Shown here piece after piece: positions 12,460 through 23,681 of a stretch of DNA of 43,649 bases (within the stretch, counting starts at the first letter, position 1; every line of letters begins with the position of its first letter). The position numbers and the translations under genes are program-made. The notes beneath the pieces are model-generated. The model was not told the origin of the DNA, did not search any database, and was given only the letters and a program-made list of their open reading frames with translations. The DNA lies in the NCBI RefSeq assembly GCF_006345805.1, contig NW_021835793.1, positions 1-43,649 of the forward strand, given 5' to 3'. The DNA is from Octopus sinensis (Eukaryota).

Positions 12460-12485
12460 GGAAGGGGGAGGTTCGATCAAAAGGG
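12351..12485 (-). mobile_element. Third short 3'-end copy of the same Tx1/L1-like LINE in (GATA)n
   Basis: Same 3' terminus as the long copy, different 5' truncation point, (GATA)n on both sides. Confidence 0.85.
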
Positions 12486-12531
12486 ATAGATAGAGAGATA
12501 GATAGATAGATAGATAGATAGACGGACAAAC

Positions 12532-12590
<59 letters not shown>

Positions 12591-12599
12591 CGGACAAAC

Positions 12600-12631
<32 letters not shown>

Positions 12632-12683
12632 GATAGATAGATAGATAGAATAGAGATAGACGGACAAACAGATAGATAGATAT

Positions 12684-12720
<37 letters not shown>

Positions 12721-12729
12721 CGGACAAAC

Positions 12730-12798
<69 letters not shown>
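12486..12798. repeat. (GATA)n tract with recurrent GACGGACAAACA interruptions
   Basis: Direct reading. Confidence 0.95.
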
Positions 12799-13021
12799 TA
12801 CATGTTATTATGCATTAGATTTAGAATGTGTTCCGATAATAACGATTGAATCTACCATTCGCAGCCACAGATTCGACAACATGGGTTCCATCTGATTTCT
12901 TCTATTTTATCAAATATGGCATTAAATACATTAATGCAGAAGAATACATACATACATACTTACAAATATGCATAATACTCATACACACAGACACACACAC
13001 ACATATACATACATTACTATA

Positions 13022-13094
<73 letters not shown>

Positions 13095-13325
13095 ATATAT
13101 GTACATATTTGTGTGTGTGTATATAAATATATATATATATATATGTAGTATGTATGTGTGTGTGTGTCTATACATTATATATATACACACACACATATAT
13201 ATGCATTTATAAACTTATACAAATGGTGGTGCCCCAGCATGGCCACAGCTCAAGAGCTGAAATTGGAAAACATAACATAAACTTAAACAAATATTTACAT
13301 ATATGAATACATATATATAAATATA

Positions 13326-13366
<41 letters not shown>

Positions 13367-13410
13367 ATATTATATATATATATATATATATATTATTATT
13401 ATATAGAAGG

Positions 13411-13460
13411 AGCTTCTACAGGACTAGAACTGTTTCATTCAAGAGAAATCTTCAGGAAGC

Positions 13461-13461
<1 letters not shown>
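13411..13461 (-). ncRNA. Type I hammerhead ribozyme fold
   Basis: Minus strand AGCTTC-CTGAAGA-TTTC TCTT GAAT-GAA-ACAG TTCTAGTC CTGT-A-GAAGCT: 6-bp stem I, CUGANGA core, short stem II, GAAA, 4-bp stem III, GUA cleavage triplet; the stem II closing position is U-U rather than a Watson-Crick pair. Confidence 0.75.
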
Positions 13462-13522
<61 letters not shown>

Positions 13523-13734
13523 CATACATACACACACGCGCACACACTTATATATTACTTATATATATGCATACATTTTATATATATACATATACATACA
13601 TACATACATACATACATATACATATATATATGTGCACACACACACGTACATACCCCCCCCCCACACACAAACACACATATCTGCACAAGACGTGCATGCG
13701 CCCATATACATACGCGTATATACACAAATTACAT

Positions 13735-13930
13735 GAGTGGGTGTTTTTTGCCCGTTTACAATAATATACACGCCATAAAACGTAACAAGATCTTGAAAAC
13801 TTCGCAAACCTTACCAACAATATTTTATTACAAACTCTCATTTTTAGGGGTTGTTTTGTCTCTAAAATTTTATATATCCTGCTTTTCTATATTTATTTGT
13901 GTTCGTATTTTGTGTATGTGTCTATTATGT
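13735..13930. repeat. Unclassified dispersed repeat, copy 1
   Basis: CCCGTTTAC..TAAAACGTAACAAGATCTT..ACCAACAATATTTTATTACAAAC also present, diverged, at 17650-17830. Confidence 0.65.
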
Positions 13931-13999
13931 ACGCATGTTATCTTTCATTTGATTATTTAAGTTCTTCCTTTAAAGAGAGCGCTGGTTTCCTGCACAAAC

Positions 14000-14055
<56 letters not shown>

Positions 14056-14061
14056 TAATAA

Positions 14062-14170
<109 letters not shown>

Positions 14171-14534
14171 CGTGGCACTCCGTCTGTAGCGACGACGAGG
14201 GTTCCAGTTGATCCGATCAACGGAACAGCCGGCTCGTGAAATTAACGCGCAAGTGGCTGAGCACTCCACAGACACGTGTACCCTTAACGTAGTTCTAGGG
14301 GAGATTCAGCGTGACACAGAGTGTGACAAGGCTGGCCCTTTGTGAATACAGGTACAACAGAAACAGGAAGAAAGAGTGAGAGAAAGTTGTGGTAAAGGAG
14401 TACAGCAGGGCTCGCCACTAACTCCTGCTGGAGCTTCGTGGAGCTTTGGGTGTTTTCGCTCAATAGATACTCACAACGCCCGATCTGGGAATCGAAACCG
14501 CGATCCTATGACTGCAAGTCCGCTGCTCTAACCA
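14171..14534 (-). mobile_element. SINE family A, full length, inside an (AAT)n tract
   Basis: Complete head and tail; (AAT)n at 13999-14170 and 14535-14632. Confidence 0.9.
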
Positions 14535-14564
14535 CTGGGCCATTACGCCTCCACAATAATAATG

Positions 14565-14613
<49 letters not shown>

Positions 14614-14654
14614 TAATAATAATAATAATAATACTGGTTTTCAATTTTTAATAC

Positions 14655-15260
14655 AAAGCCAGTAATTTTGTGGGTAGGGTAGGTTGATTAAATCGCTCCC
14701 CAGTGCTCAACTGGTACTTAATCGACATTGAAAGGATGAAAGGGAAAGTTGACCTCGACGTAATTTGAACTCAGAACATGATGAGAGGCGAAATGCCGCT
14801 AGCCATTTTGCCCGGCATGCTAATGATTCTGTCAGCTCGTTGCCTCAATAATAGTAATTATTATACTTTCTACTAAAGGCACAAGGCCTGAAATTTAAGG
14901 GGAGGGGACTAGTCGATACATGTGGACCCAGTGCGTAAATGGTTCTTATTTAATCGACCCCGAAAGGATGAAAGGCAAAGTCAATCTCGGCGGAATTTGA
15001 ACTCCGAACGTAACAGCAGACGAAATACCTATTTCTGTACTACCCACAAGGGGCTAAACACAGAGGGGACAAACAAGGACAGACAAACGGATTAAGTCGA
15101 TTACATCGACCCCCGTGCGTAACTGGTACTTATTTAATCGACCCCGAAAGGATGAAAGGCAAAGTCGACCTCGGCGGAATTTGAACTCAGAATGTAACGG
15201 TAGACGAAATACCGCTAAGCATTTCGCTCGGTGTGCTAACATTTCTGCCAGCTCGCCACC
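14655..15260 (-). mobile_element. Three tandem SINE family C copies in the same orientation
   Basis: CGACCCCGAAAGGATGAAAGGCAAAGTC-type core at about 14722, 14955 and 15138; tails differ. Confidence 0.85.
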
Positions 15261-15728
15261 TTATTATAAGAATAATTTTATTTCCACGATGAATTATCCT
15301 TCGACTCCTCTTTCCCTTAATTTTTCAAATTATTTTAGAAATCTAAGAATTTCACGAAACAAGATGATATACATTTAATATGTTTCGTGCACATAACAGC
15401 GTGAATAACAAGTATTGAAATAAATTGGAAGTTAGAAAGCCTAACTGTGAGAGAAATAAAAATGTAAACAGATTCTTTCTAGGCCTTTGATGTGTAAATA
15501 GTTTCAAATGAAATAAAAACTTTTTTGTTGTAGCTCGGGAAGGTTATTATGCCAATAATAAACACACGCAGTGGTTCTATTTCACTTCTTTATTTGTTAT
15601 TTGCCAACTTATTAACTATCTAATCAATTAGTCAATTAATTCTTTGATTAATTGCTCGGTCGATAAATCAATCAGCTTGGTTTGTCAAAGTAATTTTGTC
15701 ACCATTCATTATTTCCTCAATGACTTAG

Positions 15729-15841
15729 AAACAGTGCATAGGTTTATTATTGACGCAATTTCCCCAACTACACAAGATACCTCAAAACACGCTTCACTTA
15801 GCGACTTCAAGCCTGGAATCTTGCAAGCCAAATGCAAAAAT
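15729..15841 (+). CDS. Possible exon (ETVHRFIIDAISPTTQDTSKHASLSDFKPGILQAKCKN, phase 1 to 0)
   Basis: Open frame in unique sequence; acceptor TTTCCTCAATGACTTAG| and weak donor AAT|GTAATA; phases join 8679 to 18546. Confidence 0.3.
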
Positions 15842-15929
15842 GTAATATAATTATTTTCACTTTTAGTTAATCCTGTGTTCGAACTTAATACGTTTGAATC
15901 GGATCTTTGCTAGTTAATGTATAAATTAT

Positions 15930-16560
15930 GAAATATGCTATTGATAGTGAACGCCTTAGACACCGGTCAGCCACAGAACGATTCTGGGTAATTTATGGTT
16001 ATATTTCAGTCTGGGTAACGCTGGGTATTCTGTTAGCCTTGTATATTTATCCCAAGGCAATTTTTCCAACGGATGACATTGTATATTGTTTTAGCAACAA
16101 CATCGTAACGCATTGGGATGTTGCAACTTGACGACATTTTGAGGCAGCTGCTGATCACGTGTGTAATATCTTTCACATATATGTGACATAACTGACATTT
16201 TCAGTCGTATCTTGGGGGTTTAAGAGCTTTCCTGTCTCGTTCGTTTTCTTGGGTATTTTTGTTGCTGTATCCTGGGCTTGGGTTGTTGAAGCAAAACGTT
16301 TAACATTAGACTCTGATGTGATGTAACGATTACGACTCCAGGAGATGTTACACTTCCTGTTGTGAATGTTTTAAGCCTCATCCTCAGATTTACGGGAAAC
16401 ATATACAAACATTTATTTTTCTTCTAGAAGAATGTTTCTCTTCCGTGTCTCTGTTGAAATACTCTGCCCTAGTAATTCTGGGGTTACTTGGGATGTAAAC
16501 GGGACGAAAGTATTTCTTGGGACTTTCACTACCGACCCGTAGAATTCTATACTCTTCTCT
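15930..16560 (-). mobile_element. Highly degenerate RLE-type (R4-like) non-LTR retrotransposon fragment
   Basis: KCQLCHIYVKDITHVISSC (CCHC finger), MRYDVVAKTIYNVIR and a decayed NHKLPRIVLW endonuclease-like motif; many stops and frameshifts. Confidence 0.55.
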
Positions 16561-16605
16561 TGATACAGTTTAGTGACACTAAAAAAAACTGTCTGCGCCA
16601 GAAAA

Positions 16606-17078
16606 GATTCTTTTACTTGTTTCAGTAATTTTCACTGAGGCCATGCTGGAGCACCCCCTTTAATCAAACAAATCGACCCGAGGACTAATTCTTTGTAAGC
16701 CTAGTACTTATTCTATCGGACACTTTTGCCGAACCGCTAAGTTACGGAGACGTAAAAACCACCAGCGTCGGTTGTCAAGCGATGTTGGGGCGGGGGATAA
16801 ACACAACACAGAAATACATACACATACATATATGTATATATGTATGTCTGTGTGTGTGCGCGCGCGCATATATATATAATGTATATATATAATTATATAT
16901 ATATATATATAATAATATATATATATAATATATATATATATAGCGGTTGGGCAAAAAGCCCGATAGAATAAGTACTAGGCTTACAGAATAAGTCGTGAGG
17001 TCGATTTGCTCAACTAAAAGGTGGTGCTCCCGTGGCCGCAGTCAAATGACTGAAACAAGTAAAAGAGTAAAAAGAGCA
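16606..17078. mobile_element. Two head-less SINE family B 3' halves in inverted orientation around a CA/TA microsatellite
   Basis: Minus copy 16606-16830, plus copy 16941-17078; shared GCGGTT..GATAGAATAAGTACTAGGCTTAC..GACTGAAACAAGTAAAAG. Confidence 0.85.
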
Positions 17079-17649
17079 AATAAGTAGACGTTTCTATAAA
17101 ACTAGTTTTTCAACATCGAATGGCTTTGTGGGTCCACCAGAATAAAATAATACTCAAAGGGGTCCATAGATTAAAAAAAAAAAGGTCCAGAACCCCTAGA
17201 TTAAACTATTTCAAGTCGGTGCTCCAGTATGGCTGCAGACTAATAACTGAAACAAGCAAAACATGAAAGATATATATTAGTTTGTCAGCTAAATTTGTTG
17301 GGTTTTTTTTTCTAGGTTATTTTATTCTGATTTTTTTTCTGATGTTATTTGAATTAATACGAATATATTTTTTATTGTAGTGTTTTTTTGGGGGTTTTTT
17401 TTTTAATTTTATTCTTCGTCTACAACTTTTATTTATCGTTTTTGAAATTCGAATAAATTTTTACCTCTTTGGAGTGCGTAATAGCAAAAAAATTAAAAAT
17501 ACAAGGAACAAAAACCGAACGAATTTATCTGACAGCTCAACACCCACCCTTGCAGCACCACCCTCCTGAAACACACATGCATGGATACATACATACATAC
17601 ATACATACATACACATAATATACACTGTGCATATACGTGTACACACAAA

Positions 17650-17830
17650 GCGTGGGTGGTGGCTGCTACCCGTTTACTGTTATATACACGTCATAAAATG
17701 TAACAAGATCTTCGAAGCTTCCGAAACGTCACCAACAATATTTTATTACAAACATTCATTTTCTTTGCGTTTGTTTGTTTAAAATTTTTATATTCTGAAT
17801 TTATTTACGAGTTCGCATTTAAGTGTGTAT
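17650..17830. repeat. Unclassified dispersed repeat, copy 2
   Basis: Diverged homolog of 13735-13930. Confidence 0.65.
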
Positions 17831-17932
17831 ATGTACGTAGTAACTGATTATGCCTGTACGTATGTAGAAACGCATATATGTAAGTATATGTATGTAAGAA
17901 TACACGTGCATATATACATATACATATATATA

Positions 17933-17972
<40 letters not shown>

Positions 17973-18220
17973 GCATATGCATACGTACATACATATACTT
18001 ACATACATGCGTTCCTATATATATAATATATATGCAAATATATATGTGTGTGTGTGTATGTATATATATATATGTATTTATATATGTATGTATATACATG
18101 CATGTATTTTAAATATGTATGTATATGCATGTGTATATATATATATATATATCTGTCTATCTATCTATATATGTAATGTAAATGCATGTATGGATATGTA
18201 TATATATATATATATATAAT

Positions 18221-18260
<40 letters not shown>

Positions 18261-18355
18261 TATATATGTATATATGTATGTATTAATATATATGTATATA
18301 TATGCATCTATATATGTACACACACACGTACCACACACACACACAAACACACACC

Positions 18356-18390
<35 letters not shown>

Positions 18391-18395
18391 TATAC
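17830..18395. repeat. Long compound TA/TG/CA microsatellite
   Basis: Direct reading. Confidence 0.9.
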
Positions 18396-18545
18396 ACAGA
18401 CATATAAATGAATTTATGTAAGAGCAGCTTATCAACCCAGAAAAAAGGCTCTTTTTAGTGGAATTTAAACCATATTAACTATTTAGACAAGTATGTTGTA
18501 TTTCTTTCTCGCATTATTTTCGTTTTATTTTATTCTATTTTTCAG

Positions 18546-18715
18546 CATTTGTCTCCTTCATATAAAGAAAAGACTGCTTTTCTGACAGAGACAGAAATTG
18601 CCAGCAACGAAATTTAGACGATTTATTTGACAAAAACGACGAAGATTTACAAGCTGAACTTTATAAAAACCTGACATGTTTTTACCGTTCGACCAACATT
18701 GTATTTGCAAAATGA
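18546..18715 (+). CDS. Putative terminal exon; stops at 18615-18617 as written, or reads to TGA 18713-18715 if one A is restored at 18610-18612
   Basis: Strong acceptor CGTTTTATTTTATTCTATTTTTCAG|; phase 0 HLSPSYKEKTAFLTETEIASNE then shifted frame NLDDLFDKNDEDLQAELYKNLTCFYRSTNIVFAK. Confidence 0.4.
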
Positions 18716-18803
18716 GAGTTAGATAGTCACATTAGTAGGGAAACTCCCTGTTTTCCATGAGTACCAACTTGAATTTGACTAACATTACCAAATGTACCAA
18801 TAA

Positions 18804-19071
18804 CACTGGTCAACAAAATGAAACTGATTGACTTTTCTGGGTTAATTTTTGATCCTGATTACGAATCTGAAGTTCGATTTCCTCTATCAGGTCACATTTG
18901 CCTGTTAATGATACCCGCTGTTTCTTTCCTTTATTAAAAACGGGATTTATATAAGTTCATTCCCACTGCGTGGCACCTTGGACATGTGTCTTCTACTATA
19001 GCCTCGGGCCGACCAAGACCTTGTGAGTGGGTTTAGTAGACGGAAACTGAAAGAAAGCCGTCGTATATATG

Positions 19072-19117
<46 letters not shown>

Positions 19118-19125
19118 TGTGTGTG

Positions 19126-19156
<31 letters not shown>

Positions 19157-20007
19157 CATATATATATATTTGCGTGTTTGTGTTTGTTCCCCAACATCGC
19201 TTGACAACCGATGCTGGTGTGTTTGCATCTCTATAACTTAGCGGTTCGGCATAAGTGACAGATAGAATAAGTACTAGACCGCTTTTAAACCCAGAAAATG
19301 TTCTTCTTCCCCCTCTTCACGTAAAGTATATCTATATAAAGTATATTGAATACAAGATACGATAATTTCATGGCTTTTTTTGTACAAAATTAAAATTATT
19401 GTGTACAAATATGTTAGAATACACTCAAGTGCATAACAACTTAAAACTTTTGAGATTTGGACTTTCTGTTGTGTTTTGTCTCAGGTTCATCCCTGTGTAG
19501 TCAGCTAACATTCCTGCATTCCAAAATCCTTGATATCGTTGTTCCATCGATGCAATATCATGAGGAAAGCATTCCCCTTGCTCATCAGACACTGCTCCAA
19601 GGTTCTCTGCAAAAAAGTCCAGATGTGAATCAAGGAAATGAACTTTTAGTGACATCCTACAGTCCATTGCCGCGTAGTAGTCTAGAAGACATTTCACTCC
19701 ATTTCTAAATTTTAGAGATCCCTTGTTGCCTGGGAAATTTTCACAGAGCCATTTGAAGGGTTCCCAGGCTTTAAGCTCAATCTCATTCAGTGCTGTGAGG
19801 AAGTGATTGTCCTTCAGGAGTTCTTTTATCTGCGGACCTATGAATACGCCCTCCTTCAGTTTTACCTCGGGGATTTTGGGAAATTTGGCCTTCACATATT
19901 CAAAACCTTTTGAGCTTTTCCTGGCAAGTTTCTTCACGAATTGTTTCATGAGGCCAAGCTTTATGTGAAGAGGGGGAAGAAGAACATTTTCTGGGTTTAA
20001 AAGCGGC
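18804..20007 (-). mobile_element. 3' half of a Chapaev3-like DNA transposon with catalytic C-terminus of the transposase
   Basis: Terminus TAA|CACTGGTCAACA at 18801-18815; ORF 19425-20007 LLPPLHIKLGLMKQFVK..KEGVFIGPQIK..MSLKVHFLDSHLDFFAENLGAVSDEQGE..RYQG; interrupted by an inverted duplication at 18921-19326. Confidence 0.8.
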
Positions 20008-20135
20008 CTAGTACTTATTCCATCTGTCACTTATGCCGAACCGCTAAGTTACAGGGACGCAAACACACCAGCATCGGTTGTCAAGCGATGTTGGGGAACA
20101 AACACACAAATACACACACACACATACACACACAA

Positions 20136-20194
<59 letters not shown>

Positions 20195-20339
20195 TACGAC
20201 GGGTTTCTTTCAGTTTCCGTCTACTAAACCCACTCACAACGTTTTGGTCGGCCCAAGGCTATAGTAGAAGACCCTTGTCCAAGGTGCCACGCTGTGGGAA
20301 TGAACTTATATAAATCCCGTTTTTAATGAGGGAAAGAAA
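18921..20339. repeat. Inverted duplication of about 400 bp (18921-19326 vs 19959-20339)
   Basis: Both arms contain the same SINE-B/transposase junction (AGTACTAGRCCGCTTTTAAACCCAGAAAATG) and the same non-SINE insert. Confidence 0.9.
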
Positions 20340-20402
20340 CTAGATCTGGAACCATGTGGTTGGTAAGCAAGCTACTTGTCACACAGCCACTCCTGTGCCT
20401 AT
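20008..20402 (-). mobile_element. SINE family B lacking its tail, with a 40-bp insertion in the head
   Basis: Head at 20346-20402; insert 20306-20345; body ends at GATGGAATAAGTACTAG where it joins the transposase. Confidence 0.85.
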
Positions 20403-20689
20403 GTTACTATATATATATATATTGAAGTATGTCTTTCATATTATCTTTTCGTGAGATGATCAATCGATGTCATATCAGTTTATTTTATCTTGTTGCTGCT
20501 GTTGATGATGCACATGAAACTAGGATTGAATGTAGGTTGATAATGTGCTGATCGGAGAGAGACTCATCGACACACGCAACTTAGAGTAGCATGAAAAAAA
20601 AGATCTTGTTTCATCGTGTAATGGTAAAAGTAACCCCTAAATGCGTTTTAGAGCTCACAAACCCGGTTGTCCAGTCTCGGTGGCGTTTA

Positions 20690-20888
20690 GGTAACCGAGA
20701 TCATAACGTTCCCCTTGTGTAGGGCGCTAGTCCGTGACAGTTTAACTCATTCACAGTTGAGTGGACTAGGGTAACGCGAAATGAAATATTTTGCCCAAGA
20801 ACTCAACACACCGCCCGGTCCGGGAATCCGAACCACAATCTTGTGATCGTTAAAGCAACACCCTAACCACTAGGGTACAGGCCTTCAC
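20690..20888 (-). mobile_element. Diverged tRNA-derived SINE of a further family
   Basis: Sense GTACCCTAGTGGTTAGGGTGTTG..GGTTCGGATTCCCGGACCGG..TCTTGGGCAAAA..GTCCACTCAACTG; A/B-box-like head. Confidence 0.6.
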
Positions 20889-21223
20889 TGAATCATCATG
20901 AAGGAATTTGTGCACGTGGACGTATCACTCTAGGGAAAAAGACCCTACTATCTTAATGTATTCAGCTGCACCCAAATATGGACATCACATACTCCAATAA
21001 AAAGAAAGAAAAACACAGCCAATTTTATACATATAAATGAGTCACTGGATTATTGCACCCACTCGGTCCGAAGTTAGCAATTTTTGAGGATGTGTCATGA
21101 AAAGCTTATATAAAATGTTTGAAACCGAAATAACAGAGGTAGGGCTCCACGTTCAGTGGTGTTTCATCTGTAATCTTTGCAAAACCCATTTTCTGAAATC
21201 CCGTTTTTAATAAGGGAAAGAAA

Positions 21224-21398
21224 CTAGAATGTCTCGTTAAATCGAGAATAGTAAATTTGCCAGTGGAGTTTTTGGACGACATCTTGTACTTTGCTTGACA
21301 AGCTGTCGTCCACAGAAATATCATAGGACTGTTCGATCGCTGCTGATCTGGGGTCCGTACGACAAATTCTTGTGTCAACAGTAATGCCCTCGATTCCT
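21224..21398 (-). CDS. Possible terminal exon of a minus-strand gene (GIEGITVDTRICRTDPRSAAIEQSYDISVDDSLSSKVQDVVQKLHWQIYYSRFNETF*)
   Basis: Unique sequence, GTGGTTTTAG| acceptor, open frame to TAG; a second frame is also open; no recognised domain. Confidence 0.2.
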
Positions 21399-22123
21399 CT
21401 AAAACCACCGTATCACCACAAACACCGCAACCACCGCCACTACCGCCACCACCGCCATCAGCATTATCACCCCCAACACTACGTCCACTTCCATCATCAC
21501 CGCGACCACTATTACCACTTACACTACGTCCACCGCCAACATCGCTACCATCACAAGTGCCACTATCACCACCACCACCACCACAACAACAACAACAACA
21601 ATAACAACATCAATAACAACTGTAAATTAATGAGATCATGCCGGTCTGTTTGAAACAACAGCCAAATCTTCCTAAATCCTTATCTGTCATCTTGTTGACC
21701 TACAACAATATATAATAACAGTGTGTAACAATTTAACTCACGTTTTAAAGAAATCAACACCAACACTCAAAAATTGCGAGGCGACTTTCTCACACTCTCT
21801 GCGCATGTCTATTTATATTGTGATACAGTCCATTAGGATCCAACCAAATAGGGGTGTTTTACTTCCACACAACAAAACCACAGTCTTACGATTGTGAGTC
21901 CAACACTCTAACCACTAAGCCACGCACCTCCACATTACAGGTTTATACCTGTAATTATTGAGGACCTGGGATATGTAACACAATGTCTAAGTAACATTCT
22001 AGAGAAATTAGGCTTCTCCAAACTAGAAAGGAGAAAGCTAATTCGAAGACAACAACAACAACAGCAACAACATGGAGAAGGTTTGTTTCATTTCGTCAAT
22101 GCATTGACCTTTCATTGAGAATT

Positions 22124-22272
22124 CCCAGTGAACTAAGGCAATATCCCTTATTTTTCGAGTACCATCTGGAATATTCGAACGGTTTCAAGCATTACTGTTT
22201 TCTGCAAGTGCTCCGTCCTTATTGCAACTCCTATTTATTCCATGTACTTCTCATGATTTTTACTCACTGGAA
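22124..22272 (-). mobile_element. Fragment of the R4-type family seen at 26141-27142
   Basis: TATTTTTCGAGTACCATCTGG..GGTTTCAAGCATT..TTTTCTGCAAGTGCTCC aligns with 26195-26340. Confidence 0.75.
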
Positions 22273-22386
22273 CCATAAAAAACTGCAAAATTTTCCAGAA
22301 GTTCATCATTTAAATATATATGAGCATGTCTAGATATGTAACTTTATGCATGAGAATACATAGATAGAACATACAAATCTGTTCAT

Positions 22387-22652
22387 ACACATACATACAT
22401 ACAAACATACATACATACATACATACATACATACATACATACATACATACATACATACATACATACATACATGCATACATACATACACACATGCATACAT
22501 GCATACATACATACATACATACATACATACATACATACATACAACATATATACATATATGCATACTCACATGCATACATACATACATACATACATACATA
22601 CATACATACATACATACATACATACATACATACATACATACATGTATCATAC
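22387..22652. repeat. (CATA)n microsatellite
   Basis: Direct reading. Confidence 0.95.
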
Positions 22653-23260
22653 ATACCAAAATATCCTGTTGTTGATGTTGCAATTCCAATGAAGGGGCCT
22701 TCGATCTAGGTTAGAAACCGGTTCTTTCTCTATTGGCAAGAAATCTTGAAACAAAACTAAATAACGACATACATATATGTGTGTGTGTTTGTGTATCTCT
22801 GCATATACAAACACATTCATATACACTCTCTCTCTCTCACGCACACACACACATGCACATACACGCGTACATACAAACACACATACATATAGGTTTCACT
22901 TCCAGAAATTTTGGAGGTGGGGGCAATTAGTCGATTTAATTGACCCTAGTATTTCAATAGTACTTTGTTTTAAGCGACCCCATAATTTATTGGTCGTTTT
23001 TTTTCCTTTCCAGTCTTTGATTTTTCTCTATCTGTGTTAATGTGCACGCACGTGTATATCTATGTGTGTGTGTGTGTGTGTGTGTGAAAATGTGTGGTGT
23101 GTGTGTGTGCTAATGTGTTTGTATGTTATTATTTTTTTTGTCTCCTCAATGAAAACCCAGAAGCAACTTCATAAATGTCTCCTCTGACATAACAAATCGA
23201 TGCTAATTTCGCCGACCGTTGCAGCTCCGAGACTTTCAATGGAGTAACATTTAAAAGAGC

Positions 23261-23321
<61 letters not shown>

Positions 23322-23529
23322 TGAAGAAGCTTTGTTTCATTTCGTCAATGCATTGACCTTTCATTGAGAATTCCCAGGACTTGGTTTTGTTTCTAAATCC
23401 TCATCCCCTACCCACTTCTCTCTTCACCCTTCCTCATCGCTTTCATAAACACCACCGACATTATCCTCATTATATACCACTACTTACTTTGTTAGATAAT
23501 TCCTATTATTATTATTATTATTGTTATTA

Positions 23530-23611
<82 letters not shown>

Positions 23612-23616
23612 CATCA

Positions 23617-23678
<62 letters not shown>

Positions 23679-23681
<3 letters not shown>

